Assembly (NCBI GenBank): GCA_964573695.1 | Contig: CAZNKB010000002.1 | Span: 44,302 to 108,301, forward strand | Length of the DNA stretch: 64,000 nucleotides | Origin: an uncultured Gammaproteobacteria bacterium | GTDB taxonomy: Bacteria > Patescibacteriota > Microgenomatia > UBA10105 > UBA927 | Reading direction: 5' to 3' | Part shown: one piece after another, positions 1 through 9,798 of the stretch | Position numbering within the stretch: position 1 is the first letter of the stretch | Layout: each line of letters begins with the position of its first letter | Program-made: the position numbers and the translations under genes | The notes under the pieces: generated by a model | Database searches by the model: none | What the model was told of the DNA's origin: nothing | Seen by the model: only the letters and a program-made list of their open reading frames with translations

Positions 1-1100
1 TCCCAGGGGAAACCAGTTCGCCCGAAGTGGCCGTACCGTGCGGTTTCCCGATAGATCGGGCGTCGCAAACGTAGCCCCGTGATAATCCCCGGCACGGAAA
101 GATCCAGAAGCGACCAGGCAAACGCTTCAATAGACGAAAGGGATTTTTTTTCTGTCCCGAACGTCTCGATGCCGCGCGCGAGCGGTTCCCGTTGTCCGAT
201 GACGTATGCGACCCGCACCTCCGCCCGGTCAGCTAACCCGTGAGCTACGATATTTTTGGCTATGTAGCGCGCAGCATATGCCCCGCTTCTGTCCACTTTG
301 GTAGGATCTTTGCCACTAAAGGCTCCTCCGCCGTGACGGGCAAACGCTCCGTAGGTATCCACGATAATTTTCCGTCCCGTCACTCCGGTATCCGAGGCTG
401 GGCCGCCTATTTCCCAGCGCCCCTTGCTGCCATTAACGATGACATCGTCTTCTTTGGGAGGCGTCATCTTATACTTTTTCATCACTGGCTTGATCACCTT
501 GTCATAGAGTGCCTTTTTAAGATGCGCATGCGTTATCCTGGGATCGTGGGGAACGGCGAGCACTATACGGTCTACAGCGGTGGGCTTCCCGTCTTCGTAA
601 ATCACCTTCACTTCGCTCTTGCCGTCCGGACGCAAAAACGGAAGAATTTTTTTCTCCCGTGCCTCATCCATGCGCTCAACTAACCGGTGCGCCAGCACAA
701 GCGGCATGGGCATGTATTCCGGCGTTTCGTTGGTAGCGTAACCAAACATCATCCCCTGGTCACCCGCTCCCCCGTCATCGACGCCGACGGCAATATCCGG
801 TGATTGCTCATGAATATATACGGAAATCGGTGATTTATAGGAAAAATTATATTTGGCGTTGTCGTAGCCCAAAGACTTGATCGTTTTTCGGGCAATACTC
901 TCATAATCCAGTTTTTTCTTACAGGTCACTTCTCCCGCCAGCACCACTCGATTGGTCGTCACGAGTGTTTCGACCGCGACACGCGCCTTGGGATCGGCTT
1001 TGAGAGCCGCGTCTACGATTGCGTCAGAAATCTGATCGCAAATTTTATCCGGATGTCCGCTGGCAACCGATTCCGATGTGAAGTGCGTTGTTTTTTTCAT
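1..1100 (-). CDS. metK: S-adenosylmethionine synthetase; the C-terminus runs off the window start
   Basis: Reverse-complement translation from ATG (cat at 1098-1100) gives MKKTTHFTSESVASGHPDKICDQISDAIVDAALKADP... and the GAGDQGMMFGYA MetK signature. AAAGG SD 6-8 nt upstream. Absent from the ORF track only because no stop falls inside the window. The plus-strand ORF 240-683 is antisense to it. Confidence 0.9.
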   Translation of the reverse strand, partial: MKKTTHFTSESVASGHPDKICDQISDAIVDAALKADPKARVAVETLVTTNRVVLAGEVTCKKKLDYESIARKTIKSLGYDNAKYNFSYKSPISVYIHEQSPDIAVGVDDGGAGDQGMMFGYATNETPEYMPMPLVLAHRLVERMDEAREKKILPFLRPDGKSEVKVIYEDGKPTAVDRIVLAVPHDPRITHAHLKKALYDKVIKPVMKKYKMTPPKEDDVIVNGSKGRWEIGGPASDTGVTGRKIIVDTYGAFARHGGGAFSGKDPTKVDRSGAYAARYIAKNIVAHGLADRAEVRVAYVIGQREPLARGIETFGTEKKSLSSIEAFAWSLLDLSVPGIITGLRLRRPIYRETARYGHFGRTGFPW

Positions 1101-1318
1101 GTATGCCTTTCTTCGCCCGAATAAGTAAAAAATAACCCCGCCAAGCGGGGTATATTTTTTCCCTACTCTAGGCAAATCATCCCGCCTCATTGGCGGACTC
1201 GTTGGGGCACCGCGGTCTCATTGACTCGGTTGCCGGGTGGATCATAAAGCGAGAGCTTTCCCCACCACTCTTGATTTATTAACTTGTCATCTACAGTACT
1301 CCTGTGCCTTACGTATTG

Positions 1319-2614
1319 TCAAGATGTGATCTCACGGTCCACGACTTCCTGAAACGCCACATCAGGCAGCCCCTGCACACCACCGAAGGAAATACGGTCC
1401 AACACTTTTTGCTCCATGTTTACCATTCGCCCCGAGTGGATAACAAAATCTCCGAAACGGTTCCGGATCGTATCCATGGCATACGTCAGGTCCCGTTTTC
1501 TGTTCTCTTCGGGAAACAGTGACGACTGCATCGACTGCTCCCGGTGTAACGCATAACAATACACCGCCAATAGTTTCACTCTTTTTTCGGGAGCATGAGT
1601 AAGCATAAATCTCATCGCGGTATAAAAATCCGCATCGCTAAACATCGGCGAAAGCTTTTTCTCCTGCGTGTGCCAGTGCGTGTGATCTTCAAACATCAAT
1701 GAGATACCCACGCCATAGGCGACAAACCCGTCTATCCGCAAGCGCCTGCCCATTTTCATGACCAGCTGCGCGAGTATCTGCCAGAGGCGCGGATCATTTG
1801 GTCCGTGACCAGAACCCAGGACATACGACTGACCGAAACTTTTTTGGTCTTCCTGTGTGTCATGCTCAAATTCTTTGTACATACTGCCGTCTTCGTACCC
1901 GTGAAGCCGAAGCCACCAGTGATATCCGGTAATGGAGTGAAATGCGCGTTTAAGGTCGGAGGCGCTCGAGTGAAAAAACGCCACGGGGGTCATGATGCCT
2001 GCGGCCCTGAGCCTGCCCGCATTTCCTTCTTTGATGCCGCAAAAGTCTTCCAATTTCATGGAAGCAAAGGTGTCCAGGATGTTTTCTTTTGTAATACAGA
2101 CTAACCCGTCAGGTTTTATGCGACCGGAGGCGACCTTGGCAAGGTAGCGATTGGGGGCGATGCCGCAAGAAACCGTAATCCACTCTCCGATTTCCGCTTT
2201 GATCCGCATCTTGATCTCTTTGGCTACGTCACTCATCGAAGCTCTCGTAAGGATCGGTGTGTTGCGAAGATTCATAACCATTTCGTCGATCGACTCAACG
2301 CTGATATGTGCGGTATAAGACTTGAGAATGGCAAAGAGTTGGCGATTTACCACCCGGTATTTCGGCGGATCCGACGGCAATACGACCAACCGGGGAGCCA
2401 AGCGCTTGCCTTCTTTTACCCTCATACCTGTTTTGACCCCCAATGTTTTCGCCTCGCGGGAGGCAGCCAGAATACAACCGTAATCCGCAACATACGCCGC
2501 TACCGCTACCGGCTTACCTCGCAGTAGTGGATTGGCCTGCTGTTCCACGGTCGCGAAACAGGAGTTGATGTCCACATGCATCGTCGTGGGCGCAATCGGG
2601 TTAAAGTTATCCAT
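1319..2614 (-). CDS. Y-family DNA polymerase (DinB/Pol IV or UmuC-like), 431 aa
   Basis: N-terminal MHVDINSCFATVEQ plus the SIDE catalytic acidic residues of Y-family polymerases; catalytic D/E are conserved. Confidence 0.85.
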   Translation of the reverse strand: MDNFNPIAPTTMHVDINSCFATVEQQANPLLRGKPVAVAAYVADYGCILAASREAKTLGVKTGMRVKEGKRLAPRLVVLPSDPPKYRVVNRQLFAILKSYTAHISVESIDEMVMNLRNTPILTRASMSDVAKEIKMRIKAEIGEWITVSCGIAPNRYLAKVASGRIKPDGLVCITKENILDTFASMKLEDFCGIKEGNAGRLRAAGIMTPVAFFHSSASDLKRAFHSITGYHWWLRLHGYEDGSMYKEFEHDTQEDQKSFGQSYVLGSGHGPNDPRLWQILAQLVMKMGRRLRIDGFVAYGVGISLMFEDHTHWHTQEKKLSPMFSDADFYTAMRFMLTHAPEKRVKLLAVYCYALHREQSMQSSLFPEENRKRDLTYAMDTIRNRFGDFVIHSGRMVNMEQKVLDRISFGGVQGLPDVAFQEVVDREITS

Positions 2615-2617
2615 ATG

Positions 2618-2875
2618 TTAGTCAGATTGGCTATCTACTTCTATCAGTTTCCAGGCAAGGGTTTCACTGTCCATGATCAGCTTAAAAAACGTGTTGCCGT
2701 CGCTTACCGAAAAGATGTGAAACAGCCGCCGCCCTTCCCATATGGTATGGTGCATGCCTACCGTCGTAATCTGATACTTCCTCCCGTGCCAATAAAGACT
2801 ATACGGAAGCACTTTCCGTGTCGCGTGATTACTCCAAAGTGTGACGGAAACCGGTTCGTTGATCGTTTCTGACAT
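2618..2875 (-). CDS. Hypothetical 85-aa protein, translationally coupled upstream of the Y-family polymerase
   Basis: ORF ends 4 nt before the polymerase start. No recognisable motif. Confidence 0.45.
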   Translation of the reverse strand: MSETINEPVSVTLWSNHATRKVLPYSLYWHGRKYQITTVGMHHTIWEGRRLFHIFSVSDGNTFFKLIMDSETLAWKLIEVDSQSD

Positions 2876-3052
2876 ATCGTAAAACCATAATAAACCCGAA
2901 AATAATAGTCGTCAACTAGGTGTAAATATATCAAATAGTACGAAATTCAACCGAAACCTGGTCAGTTTGCACTTCTATCCGTTTGGAAGATATTTTCTTT
3001 TCGTCTGCCCGCTATTTGAGTTTTAATTAGTCCTATAGTATAATATCTGCTC

Positions 3053-3496
3053 ATGTCTGCATCACCCGAAGGCTATCTGTTACGGCCATATATCCCCAGC
3101 GACCGCAAACCACTCATGGATTTTTTCATGAACTTACAACGCGGGAACCGTGGCTGGTCGGAACATCTGATCCAGTGCGTCCTTACCCGAAATGTCCGAG
3201 TGCTGGTTGCAGAATGCGAAGCAGGGATTGTCGGTTATGGGGAAACCCACAGAAACAACTTCCGTTCGGTATATTTTCACCGCGCAGCAGTATTGAAAGA
3301 GCACCGTTTACAGGGAATATTCACCGCTATCCTCGAATCCGTAGTAAAGGATGCCGGCAGAGCAGAAATTACCGCCGAAGTAAGTCGGGATGCCAAACAT
3401 CTGCCTGCCATGAAGCGCGCGGGATTTGAAATAACGGACACGCTTTCCGGATACCGCTATCAGCTCGTCCGGCCACGCCAACGGTATTTTCGCTAA
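3053..3496 (+). CDS. GNAT-family N-acetyltransferase (147 aa)
   Basis: Acetyl-CoA-binding-like segment ...HRLQGIFTAILESVVKDAGRAEI.... TATAAT at 3036-3041, 11 nt before the ATG. Confidence 0.6.
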   Translation: MSASPEGYLLRPYIPSDRKPLMDFFMNLQRGNRGWSEHLIQCVLTRNVRVLVAECEAGIVGYGETHRNNFRSVYFHRAAVLKEHRLQGIFTAILESVVKDAGRAEITAEVSRDAKHLPAMKRAGFEITDTLSGYRYQLVRPRQRYFR

Positions 3497-3701
3497 CAGA
3501 ATATTCACCGTTCATTTGCTATTACCCGGATAGTCTGCTATACTCTCTTTTGCACTTGTATTGAAACAATACATCTGCTTATCGTTAACAGTTTGAGAAG
3601 TTTAGAGAAAAAACGCCCCAAGATTTATTCTTTATTTACCTGCGTCTTTTCCCCTTTTCAGGTTTTTTCCACATAAGCAGTTCTATTGTTTCAACAATCC
3701 C

Positions 3702-4925
3702 GTGTACGAGACTATGTATCAACACAACAACCGTTCATTTCGTCGTCCCAGGCCGTCTTTCGGCAATTCCCGTCCTGCTTTCGGCAGGAATCGGGCGATC
3801 AAAACGGTCCCAAAAAGCGTGATACTTGCTACCATTGCCCGGAGCCAGGACAATCACGCGGGAGACGCAGAAATCGCTCCCATGCCCGTCACACACCAGT
3901 TTACGGATTTTGGGCTGGATACCGCGCTTACCGATACCATTAAGGCAAAAGGATTTACGACTCCCACGCCCATTCAGGACATGGCGATTCCGGCAATCCT
4001 CTCCGGACGAGATATCATAGGGACCGCCAACACAGGAACGGGCAAAACCGCTGCATTTCTCATACCGCTATTGCAAAAAGTGACAAACGACCGGGCACAA
4101 CGGGTGCTCGTGGTGGCCCCCACCCGCGAACTCGCTGTCCAGATACACAAGGAACTCCGGGATTTCTCCCGCGGATTATCGATAAAAAGCGCCATGCTTA
4201 TCGGCGGAGCTAACGAATGGCGGCAGCGGGCAGACCTCAAACTCGACCCGCATTTCGTGATAGCCACTCCGGGCCGACTCAAGGATTTTATCGAGTCCCG
4301 CTACATTCGGCTTTCGGCGTTTCGTAACGTCGTCTTGGACGAAGCGGACCGCATGGTGGACATAGGGTTTATCAACGACATCAAATACTTTATCTCTCTG
4401 CTGCCCAAAGAACGGCAGTCATTGTTTTTTTCTGCGACGATTTCCGGCAAAGTCGGCGAAATACTGACTGAGTTTGTCAAAGATCCGGTGCGGGTTTCCG
4501 TCAAGACAGAAGATGTCGCCACGACCATACGCCAGGAAGTCATCCGGGTACCCAATAGCAACGCCAAAATAGAAGCGCTTCACGACCTTTTGATTCAGAA
4601 GGAATTCGGCAAAGTGCTCATCTTCGGCCGCACCAAATGGGGAGTGCAGCGCCTGTCCGATGAATTGGTAAAACGCGGATTCCGTTCGGGGGCCATACAC
4701 GGCAACAAACGCCAAAATCAACGCCAATATGTGCTGGAGCAATTTAAGCGGAGCGAAATCCAGATTTTGCTCGCTACCGATGTCGCCAGCCGAGGACTAG
4801 ACATCCCGGACGTTTCCCATGTCATAAACTATGACTTACCGGAAACGCTCGATGACTACATTCATCGTATCGGACGCACTGGCAGGGCCAACAAACGCGG
4901 CATCGCGCTCACCTTCGTAGACTAA
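3702..4925 (+). CDS. DEAD-box ATP-dependent RNA helicase
   Basis: Q-motif/TPIQ, GTGKTAAF (motif I), VLDEADRM (DEAD), SAT, HRIGRTGRA motifs. About 200 nt AT-rich untranslated leader upstream. Confidence 0.9.
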   Translation: MYETMYQHNNRSFRRPRPSFGNSRPAFGRNRAIKTVPKSVILATIARSQDNHAGDAEIAPMPVTHQFTDFGLDTALTDTIKAKGFTTPTPIQDMAIPAILSGRDIIGTANTGTGKTAAFLIPLLQKVTNDRAQRVLVVAPTRELAVQIHKELRDFSRGLSIKSAMLIGGANEWRQRADLKLDPHFVIATPGRLKDFIESRYIRLSAFRNVVLDEADRMVDIGFINDIKYFISLLPKERQSLFFSATISGKVGEILTEFVKDPVRVSVKTEDVATTIRQEVIRVPNSNAKIEALHDLLIQKEFGKVLIFGRTKWGVQRLSDELVKRGFRSGAIHGNKRQNQRQYVLEQFKRSEIQILLATDVASRGLDIPDVSHVINYDLPETLDDYIHRIGRTGRANKRGIALTFVD

Positions 4926-4966
4926 TCCTTTCCCCTTGAGACACTGTTATAATTGGCTTACCCTAT

Positions 4967-5626
4967 ATGATCAAACTCGTGGCTATTGACGTCGACGACA
5001 CGCTTTGCATGACCGAGGAAGCGTGCTTTCACATGGAAAATGAAGCAGCAGCGCAATTAGGGTACCCACCCATGGAGCGCGCAGTCCACCGGCACAACTG
5101 GGGGCATCCTCTGGAGGAAGCTATCACGAAACGATTTCCTGGCATTCACGTAGGTCGTTTTATGAGAGAGTTAACTAAACTTGTACCTCAGTATGTCAGC
5201 CAAGGAAAACTCGATGACATCCAAGCCACCACGCTAAACGCTTTGGATACACTGCGAAATCAGGGGGTCTCCCTTGCGATTCTTACGTCCCGAAGCAGCA
5301 AAGAAGTCACACACTTCCTGGAAAAAAATCACCCGCTCCAAAAAAGGATCCAAGGGTTCTATCACAAAGATAATTCAGAATTTGGCAAGCCGGATCCGAG
5401 AGTTTTCATCCAAATATTGAAGCAATTCGAAGTCCTTCCCCACGAGTCTGTCTATATTGGAGATACCGTAACGGACGCGCAATGCGCGAAGTCAGCCGGA
5501 CTTTATTTTATCGCCACCCTCGAAAACAACCTCCGCTCCCAAAGCGACTTCGCACATACGTCTGTGGATGCGTTTATCCGTAATTTTACCGAAGTGCCCC
5601 AAGTCATCACTGCACTGGGGGAATAA
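4967..5626 (+). CDS. HAD-superfamily hydrolase
   Basis: N-terminal AIDVDDTL (DxD motif I), later GDTVTDA. Confidence 0.8.
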   Translation: MIKLVAIDVDDTLCMTEEACFHMENEAAAQLGYPPMERAVHRHNWGHPLEEAITKRFPGIHVGRFMRELTKLVPQYVSQGKLDDIQATTLNALDTLRNQGVSLAILTSRSSKEVTHFLEKNHPLQKRIQGFYHKDNSEFGKPDPRVFIQILKQFEVLPHESVYIGDTVTDAQCAKSAGLYFIATLENNLRSQSDFAHTSVDAFIRNFTEVPQVITALGE

Positions 5627-5642
5627 GGCCTGACAAGCTTAT

Positions 5643-5849
5643 TTATCGCAGCGTGGATGAGGAACCAAACCTTGCATCCCGGCGCAGGTGATGCACATGT
5701 TCTGCATCAGACTGCAAAAGATTTGTCAGGCGAAGGCCCCGCAAATCAAGGTAGACATCACCCATAGCTGCCCACGCCCTTCGCAAAGAAAAATGTTTGG
5801 GCAAAGACCTTGGCTTTTCTTTTTCCGGAGTGGTGGCTTTTGCCGCCAT
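5643..5849 (-). CDS. Small hypothetical protein (68 aa)
   Basis: Internal ATG at 5847-5849 is preceded by a strong GGAGGTG SD with 7-nt spacing. The track ORF 5643-5933 starts further upstream. Confidence 0.4.
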   Translation of the reverse strand: MAAKATTPEKEKPRSLPKHFSLRRAWAAMGDVYLDLRGLRLTNLLQSDAEHVHHLRRDARFGSSSTLR

Positions 5850-6026
5850 ACGTTTCACCTCCTTCCGCTTTTTCCAAAAAGAGTATGGCGCGATATCAAT
5901 AGATACACAATGCATAAAGGATATGTACAGCATAAACAGACGGCCAAAACATCGTACATATGCCCCAAAGTCAGGCTATCTCCCCCGGAGTACTGAGCCG
6001 TAAATCGATATGCTATAGTAGAACGT

Positions 6027-6377
6027 ATGAATGACACGAAAAACGAGCATGTGCCGCCATTTGTACAATCCGATGATTTACCGGGTCCGCACGAGTTCCC
6101 CGAAGGAGACGTCGGCGACCAGCTCAGGGTAGCCAAAGTAGCAGAGCATCGGCGAAAAGAACTCCTCAAGCAACACGAGCGGAAAGAAAACCCGGGTGAC
6201 ACAATGCGGCGTATCATGAAGGAATCCGCACGAATAGAGGAATTGCGTCCAAAGCCCTCCGTCCAGACCGTCTTTGTGGCAGAAGCCAAACCGGATCCGG
6301 TACATCACGAGTTTGACCGCAGAGAAGATCCTTCTGCCACTCTCCGCAAAATTTTATCCACTGCTAAACCCAAGTAG
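6027..6377 (+). CDS. Hypothetical protein (116 aa, charged)
   Basis: ORF followed by a hairpin terminator. No motif recognised. Confidence 0.5.
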   Translation: MNDTKNEHVPPFVQSDDLPGPHEFPEGDVGDQLRVAKVAEHRRKELLKQHERKENPGDTMRRIMKESARIEELRPKPSVQTVFVAEAKPDPVHHEFDRREDPSATLRKILSTAKPK

Positions 6378-6402
6378 GAATTCGTTTGTCCATATCGCCT
6401 TA

Positions 6403-6438
6403 CATAAAAAAAGCCCCACACGAAGTGGAGCTTTTTTA
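6403..6438. terminator. Bidirectional rho-independent terminator between the hypothetical gene and cspA
   Basis: A-tract, AGCCCCA...TGGAGCT stem (6/7 bp), T-tract. Reads as hairpin plus U-run on both strands. Confidence 0.5.
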
Positions 6439-6464
6439 GGCGATATTTCTATCACCGTGAGTTT

Positions 6465-6662
6465 TTATGCTCGTTTTACATTTTTTGCGCTTGGGCCTTT
6501 CGGACCGTCTACGACTTCAAACGTAACCGTTTCGCCCACTTGAAGTTCATCAAATGTGACGCCAACTAAGTCTTTGGAATGAAAGAACAAGTCTTTTGAC
6601 TCGCCTTCCCGTGCTATAAAACCAAAGCCTCTATCTGTTTTTGTTTTAATTGTGCCGTTCAT
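6465..6662 (-). CDS. cspA: Cold-shock protein (CspA family)
   Basis: MNGTIKTKTDRGFGFIAREG...KDLFFHSKDL...GETVTFEVVDGPKGPSA; RNP motifs of the CSD. Confidence 0.92.
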   Translation of the reverse strand: MNGTIKTKTDRGFGFIAREGESKDLFFHSKDLVGVTFDELQVGETVTFEVVDGPKGPSAKNVKRA

Positions 6663-6711
6663 AGGTATCTCCTTTCTGAACTCCTAGTATACCATATCTT
6701 TGGGGAAAGTA

Positions 6712-7686
6712 TCAGATCTGGGATGCGTTGAAGAACTCAATGAGGATTTTTTTAAAAGCCTTTACGCTTTGTTCGTCGTGGACCGAACCCGCAAATACCT
6801 TTTTACCCTGGGCCGTGAATATTTGGGCTGCCTCTTGGGCCTCCTTTTTGGTCACGAGATCCGTTTTGTTGAGGAAAACAATCTCGGGTTTCTCAAGGAG
6901 CGCCGGGTTAAACTCCCTAAATTCGTTACGCACGGTCTCATATGCCCGCAGGGGATTTTCCACGGTTATATCGATACAATGGACAAGTATTTTGGTCTTT
7001 TCTATGTGCTTGAGGAACTTGATCCCCAGGCCTATCCCACGCGAAGCTCCCTCGATAAGGCCGGGTATATCGGCGATTGGATAGGTACCAAACATCCCGA
7101 TCATCGGCTCGAGTGTGGTAAATGGATATGCACCGATTGCAGGGGTGGCATTGGTGAGTCTAGAGAGCAAGCTGCTTTTCCCGGCGTTGGGAAGTCCGAT
7201 AAGACCGATTTGTGCTATCAACCGCAGTTCCAGAAGGACGGTTTTTACTTCGCCTGCACCGCCAAGTTCCCGGTTTGTAGGAGCCTGATTGGTCGCCGAT
7301 TTGAATTTGAAGTTTCCGAAACCCCCCTTGCCCCCACGTGCTATGATTACGGGTTTATCTACCGACGAGATTTCCATGACACTGCCGCTATCCGCATCCG
7401 TCACGCGAGTGCCCAAAGGAACCTCAATGGTTATGTGTTGGGCGTTCTTCCCGAAGCCGTTATGTTTGGTACCGTGCCCACCGTTTTGCCCGACTACCTT
7501 TTTCTTGTACCGGAAATGCCGCAGGTCATTGACGTTTGTGGACCCCTGTATGAGGATGTCGCCGCCGTTGCCCCCATTACCACCGTCCGGGCCGCCGCGC
7601 GCTTTCATGGAGGTATGGGCAAACGTAGCCGCGCCATTGCCCCCGTCTCCCGCCTTTAAGATGATCGTCACGTTGTCTATGAGCAT
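6712..7686 (-). CDS. obg: GTPase Obg/CgtA
   Basis: Glycine-rich Obg fold (KAGDGGNGAATF, GGPDGGNGGNGGDI) plus G-domain GLIGLPNAGKSSLL. Confidence 0.93.
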   Translation of the reverse strand: MLIDNVTIILKAGDGGNGAATFAHTSMKARGGPDGGNGGNGGDILIQGSTNVNDLRHFRYKKKVVGQNGGHGTKHNGFGKNAQHITIEVPLGTRVTDADSGSVMEISSVDKPVIIARGGKGGFGNFKFKSATNQAPTNRELGGAGEVKTVLLELRLIAQIGLIGLPNAGKSSLLSRLTNATPAIGAYPFTTLEPMIGMFGTYPIADIPGLIEGASRGIGLGIKFLKHIEKTKILVHCIDITVENPLRAYETVRNEFREFNPALLEKPEIVFLNKTDLVTKKEAQEAAQIFTAQGKKVFAGSVHDEQSVKAFKKILIEFFNASQI

Positions 7687-7762
7687 TATGCGTATTGTAC
7701 CATTGTGACCACCCGTTTAGTGCTTGTCGAAAAATCCGGAGTGCAATACGGGGTATCGAGGG

Positions 7763-9025
7763 TTATTTGGTCTCGTGTACAGTCGGAAGCTTCTTGCCTT
7801 TAAACAGCACGCCCCAATCGTTAATTTTCCCGTTCTCGCCCGCCGGGGGATTGATCCGTGAGGCCTGTAGGACATAGACGACCGGATCGGGTACCTTGTT
7901 CTTTTCGCGGATTTTGTCTTCCCAAAGCTCCAACATGGCCAAGCCGCCACCCAAATAGATACGGGTTTCATTTTTCCCCGACCCGTACATCCGGACATGA
8001 GGATTGATCCTTCCTTCGCGGCCTGTGGATAGCTTGTCCCCCATGTCGCCAACGGTAAATAATCCGAAGTCTACCATTTCGGGCTGTGTGTTGATGAGAT
8101 AATTGGAGCCGATGGCTTTGGTACCCAACCCGTAAGAGAGCGCCCCCACACGCACGAGTAGCGGCACTTTGCGATCCAGCGCACGTTTGATCGCGATTGT
8201 AATACCCTGTGTGGATGCCACTGCCACGCGTATTTCCTCCAGCGTGTGCTTGTGTGGCTTACCCATAGCGTCGTCGACCTCCTGATCTCCGATTATGGTG
8301 GCCCCTGATGCCAGACAGTCGTCAAAACGCGTGAGTCGCGCGTATTCATAAAGCCCCAGGCGTTTGCGTACCGCTGTGGCTCCCTTGGCAGAAAATCCTC
8401 CGAGACAATCGCTTACTGCCTGACGGTATCGCTGTTTCTTTTCGGCAGTCATGTCGGAATCATTGCCAAGAGTCGTAAGCTCACGCATCACCGGCGACAG
8501 GGAGCCGTTTCTGATTTCGATGATAATCTTACCTTCGTCGTCATTTTTGATCGCCCGCATAACGGGAATCTCTTCCTGGGGAGACACAATTTGGGCCGAA
8601 TCCTGTGAAGATATCGCCAGTACCGCCTCACGGTCGGTGTACAACCTACCGTTACCGTCTTCGCAGACGAAATTCAGACTTCTCAGGCCTTCGATAAACT
8701 TTTCGGCTGACAACCGTGTCCCTTCAATCGTCTCGACAAGCAGCGGCCCAAATAATACCTCTGCGTCTCCCGTATTGGGTTTGCCGTATTTTTGGGCTCC
8801 GTGCCACTGCTCCGGGATGCGTATGGTTTCTCCGTCTCCCGCAACTCTGATACGCACGTTTGCCGGTTTCCACTGGTCGTTAAAGTGGGCAAATATCTCC
8901 GGCACGGATATGTCCCGAAGGGATTTGCTCAGCTCTCGTGCCGTAGGCGGCTCCGGTGGGCGTGTAAAAATTTCGGTGAGATGTGAGGCTACATGAGGAG
9001 CGCGGCGTGGTGATTCTATACCCAT
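7763..9025 (-). CDS. Conserved hypothetical protein, 420 aa, family not identified
   Basis: Long ORF of native composition. Tested mentally against RuBisCO-like, thymidine/AMP phosphorylase, HMG-CoA reductase and TldD/PmbA with no convincing match. Confidence 0.7.
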   Translation of the reverse strand: MGIESPRRAPHVASHLTEIFTRPPEPPTARELSKSLRDISVPEIFAHFNDQWKPANVRIRVAGDGETIRIPEQWHGAQKYGKPNTGDAEVLFGPLLVETIEGTRLSAEKFIEGLRSLNFVCEDGNGRLYTDREAVLAISSQDSAQIVSPQEEIPVMRAIKNDDEGKIIIEIRNGSLSPVMRELTTLGNDSDMTAEKKQRYRQAVSDCLGGFSAKGATAVRKRLGLYEYARLTRFDDCLASGATIIGDQEVDDAMGKPHKHTLEEIRVAVASTQGITIAIKRALDRKVPLLVRVGALSYGLGTKAIGSNYLINTQPEMVDFGLFTVGDMGDKLSTGREGRINPHVRMYGSGKNETRIYLGGGLAMLELWEDKIREKNKVPDPVVYVLQASRINPPAGENGKINDWGVLFKGKKLPTVHETK

Positions 9026-9169
9026 AATTATGGGGATAGTAATATGCCGAAAAGAAAATTACAAGATTGGACGCTCTGTTTGTACGGTATCGCACTTTTT
9101 GGCACTACCCCATAACGCTGGGCAAGTTTGAATTTACCCCAACAATGTCCTATAATATTTAGCTCGTAG

Positions 9170-9772
9170 ATGCGAATCCTGGGAAACGCGCAGAAAATAC
9201 AATGCATTATGTTAGGAGAAATACCATTTCACACGCAAGAAACCCGTCGCAGCCGCAAATCCAGAAGTGCTTCCCAATACCGGGATGTCTTGCCTGAATA
9301 CGGCAAGCTGCTAGGACGGCTTTCCCGACACCTCATGTGGCATCACGGTGACGGCGTACTGACGCTGGGCAATTCGGCGGAAAACATGTGGAAAGACATG
9401 CGCTCGATGTCTCCGCTACAATCATTTGCCATACTGCCGCCTGCAGGGCATATCACCGGAGAAATTGCCTATGAACTCTATACCGGAAACCTTTTCGATA
9501 TGGAGTCCGCAGTCCGCCGATCCGGCATACTGTTTCCTGGTAGGGTGATTGTCGAAGATTATGCAAGAAGAGCTAGTAAAATCATCAAATTAGACGGGCT
9601 CTTTAAACACTTGGGATTTGCCGTGCGATTTGCCGTTCTCTATGCGTCACCTCATGCGTTATGGGAATTTGCCGATTATGGTATCCCCGTCCACGTAGTG
9701 GCGACCAAAACGAACCAAAGGCTTCAGGATTTGCTTGCTACACGGAAAACTGACCGTTGGCACAAGGAGTAG
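9170..9772 (+). CDS. Hypothetical protein (200 aa; alternative start at 9209)
   Basis: ORF with TATAAT 15 nt upstream. No motif recognised. Confidence 0.5.
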   Translation: MRILGNAQKIQCIMLGEIPFHTQETRRSRKSRSASQYRDVLPEYGKLLGRLSRHLMWHHGDGVLTLGNSAENMWKDMRSMSPLQSFAILPPAGHITGEIAYELYTGNLFDMESAVRRSGILFPGRVIVEDYARRASKIIKLDGLFKHLGFAVRFAVLYASPHALWEFADYGIPVHVVATKTNQRLQDLLATRKTDRWHKE

Positions 9773-9798
9773 CGCGCCACCCGGTCCGCACAGGAGAT

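Noticed and set aside
240-683. 147-aa plus-strand ORF
   Set aside because: Lies antisense inside metK, which has clear family signatures on the minus strand. No motif of its own.
2876-3052. SOS/Cheo box upstream of the polymerase operon
   Set aside because: Only weak partial palindromes (CGAAaataatagTCG) that do not match the LexA consensus.
7763-9025. Form III RuBisCO-like or AMP-phosphorylase identity for the 420-aa protein
   Set aside because: Only vague resemblance (…NTQPE… versus NSQPF). Catalytic-lysine and STGG motifs are absent.
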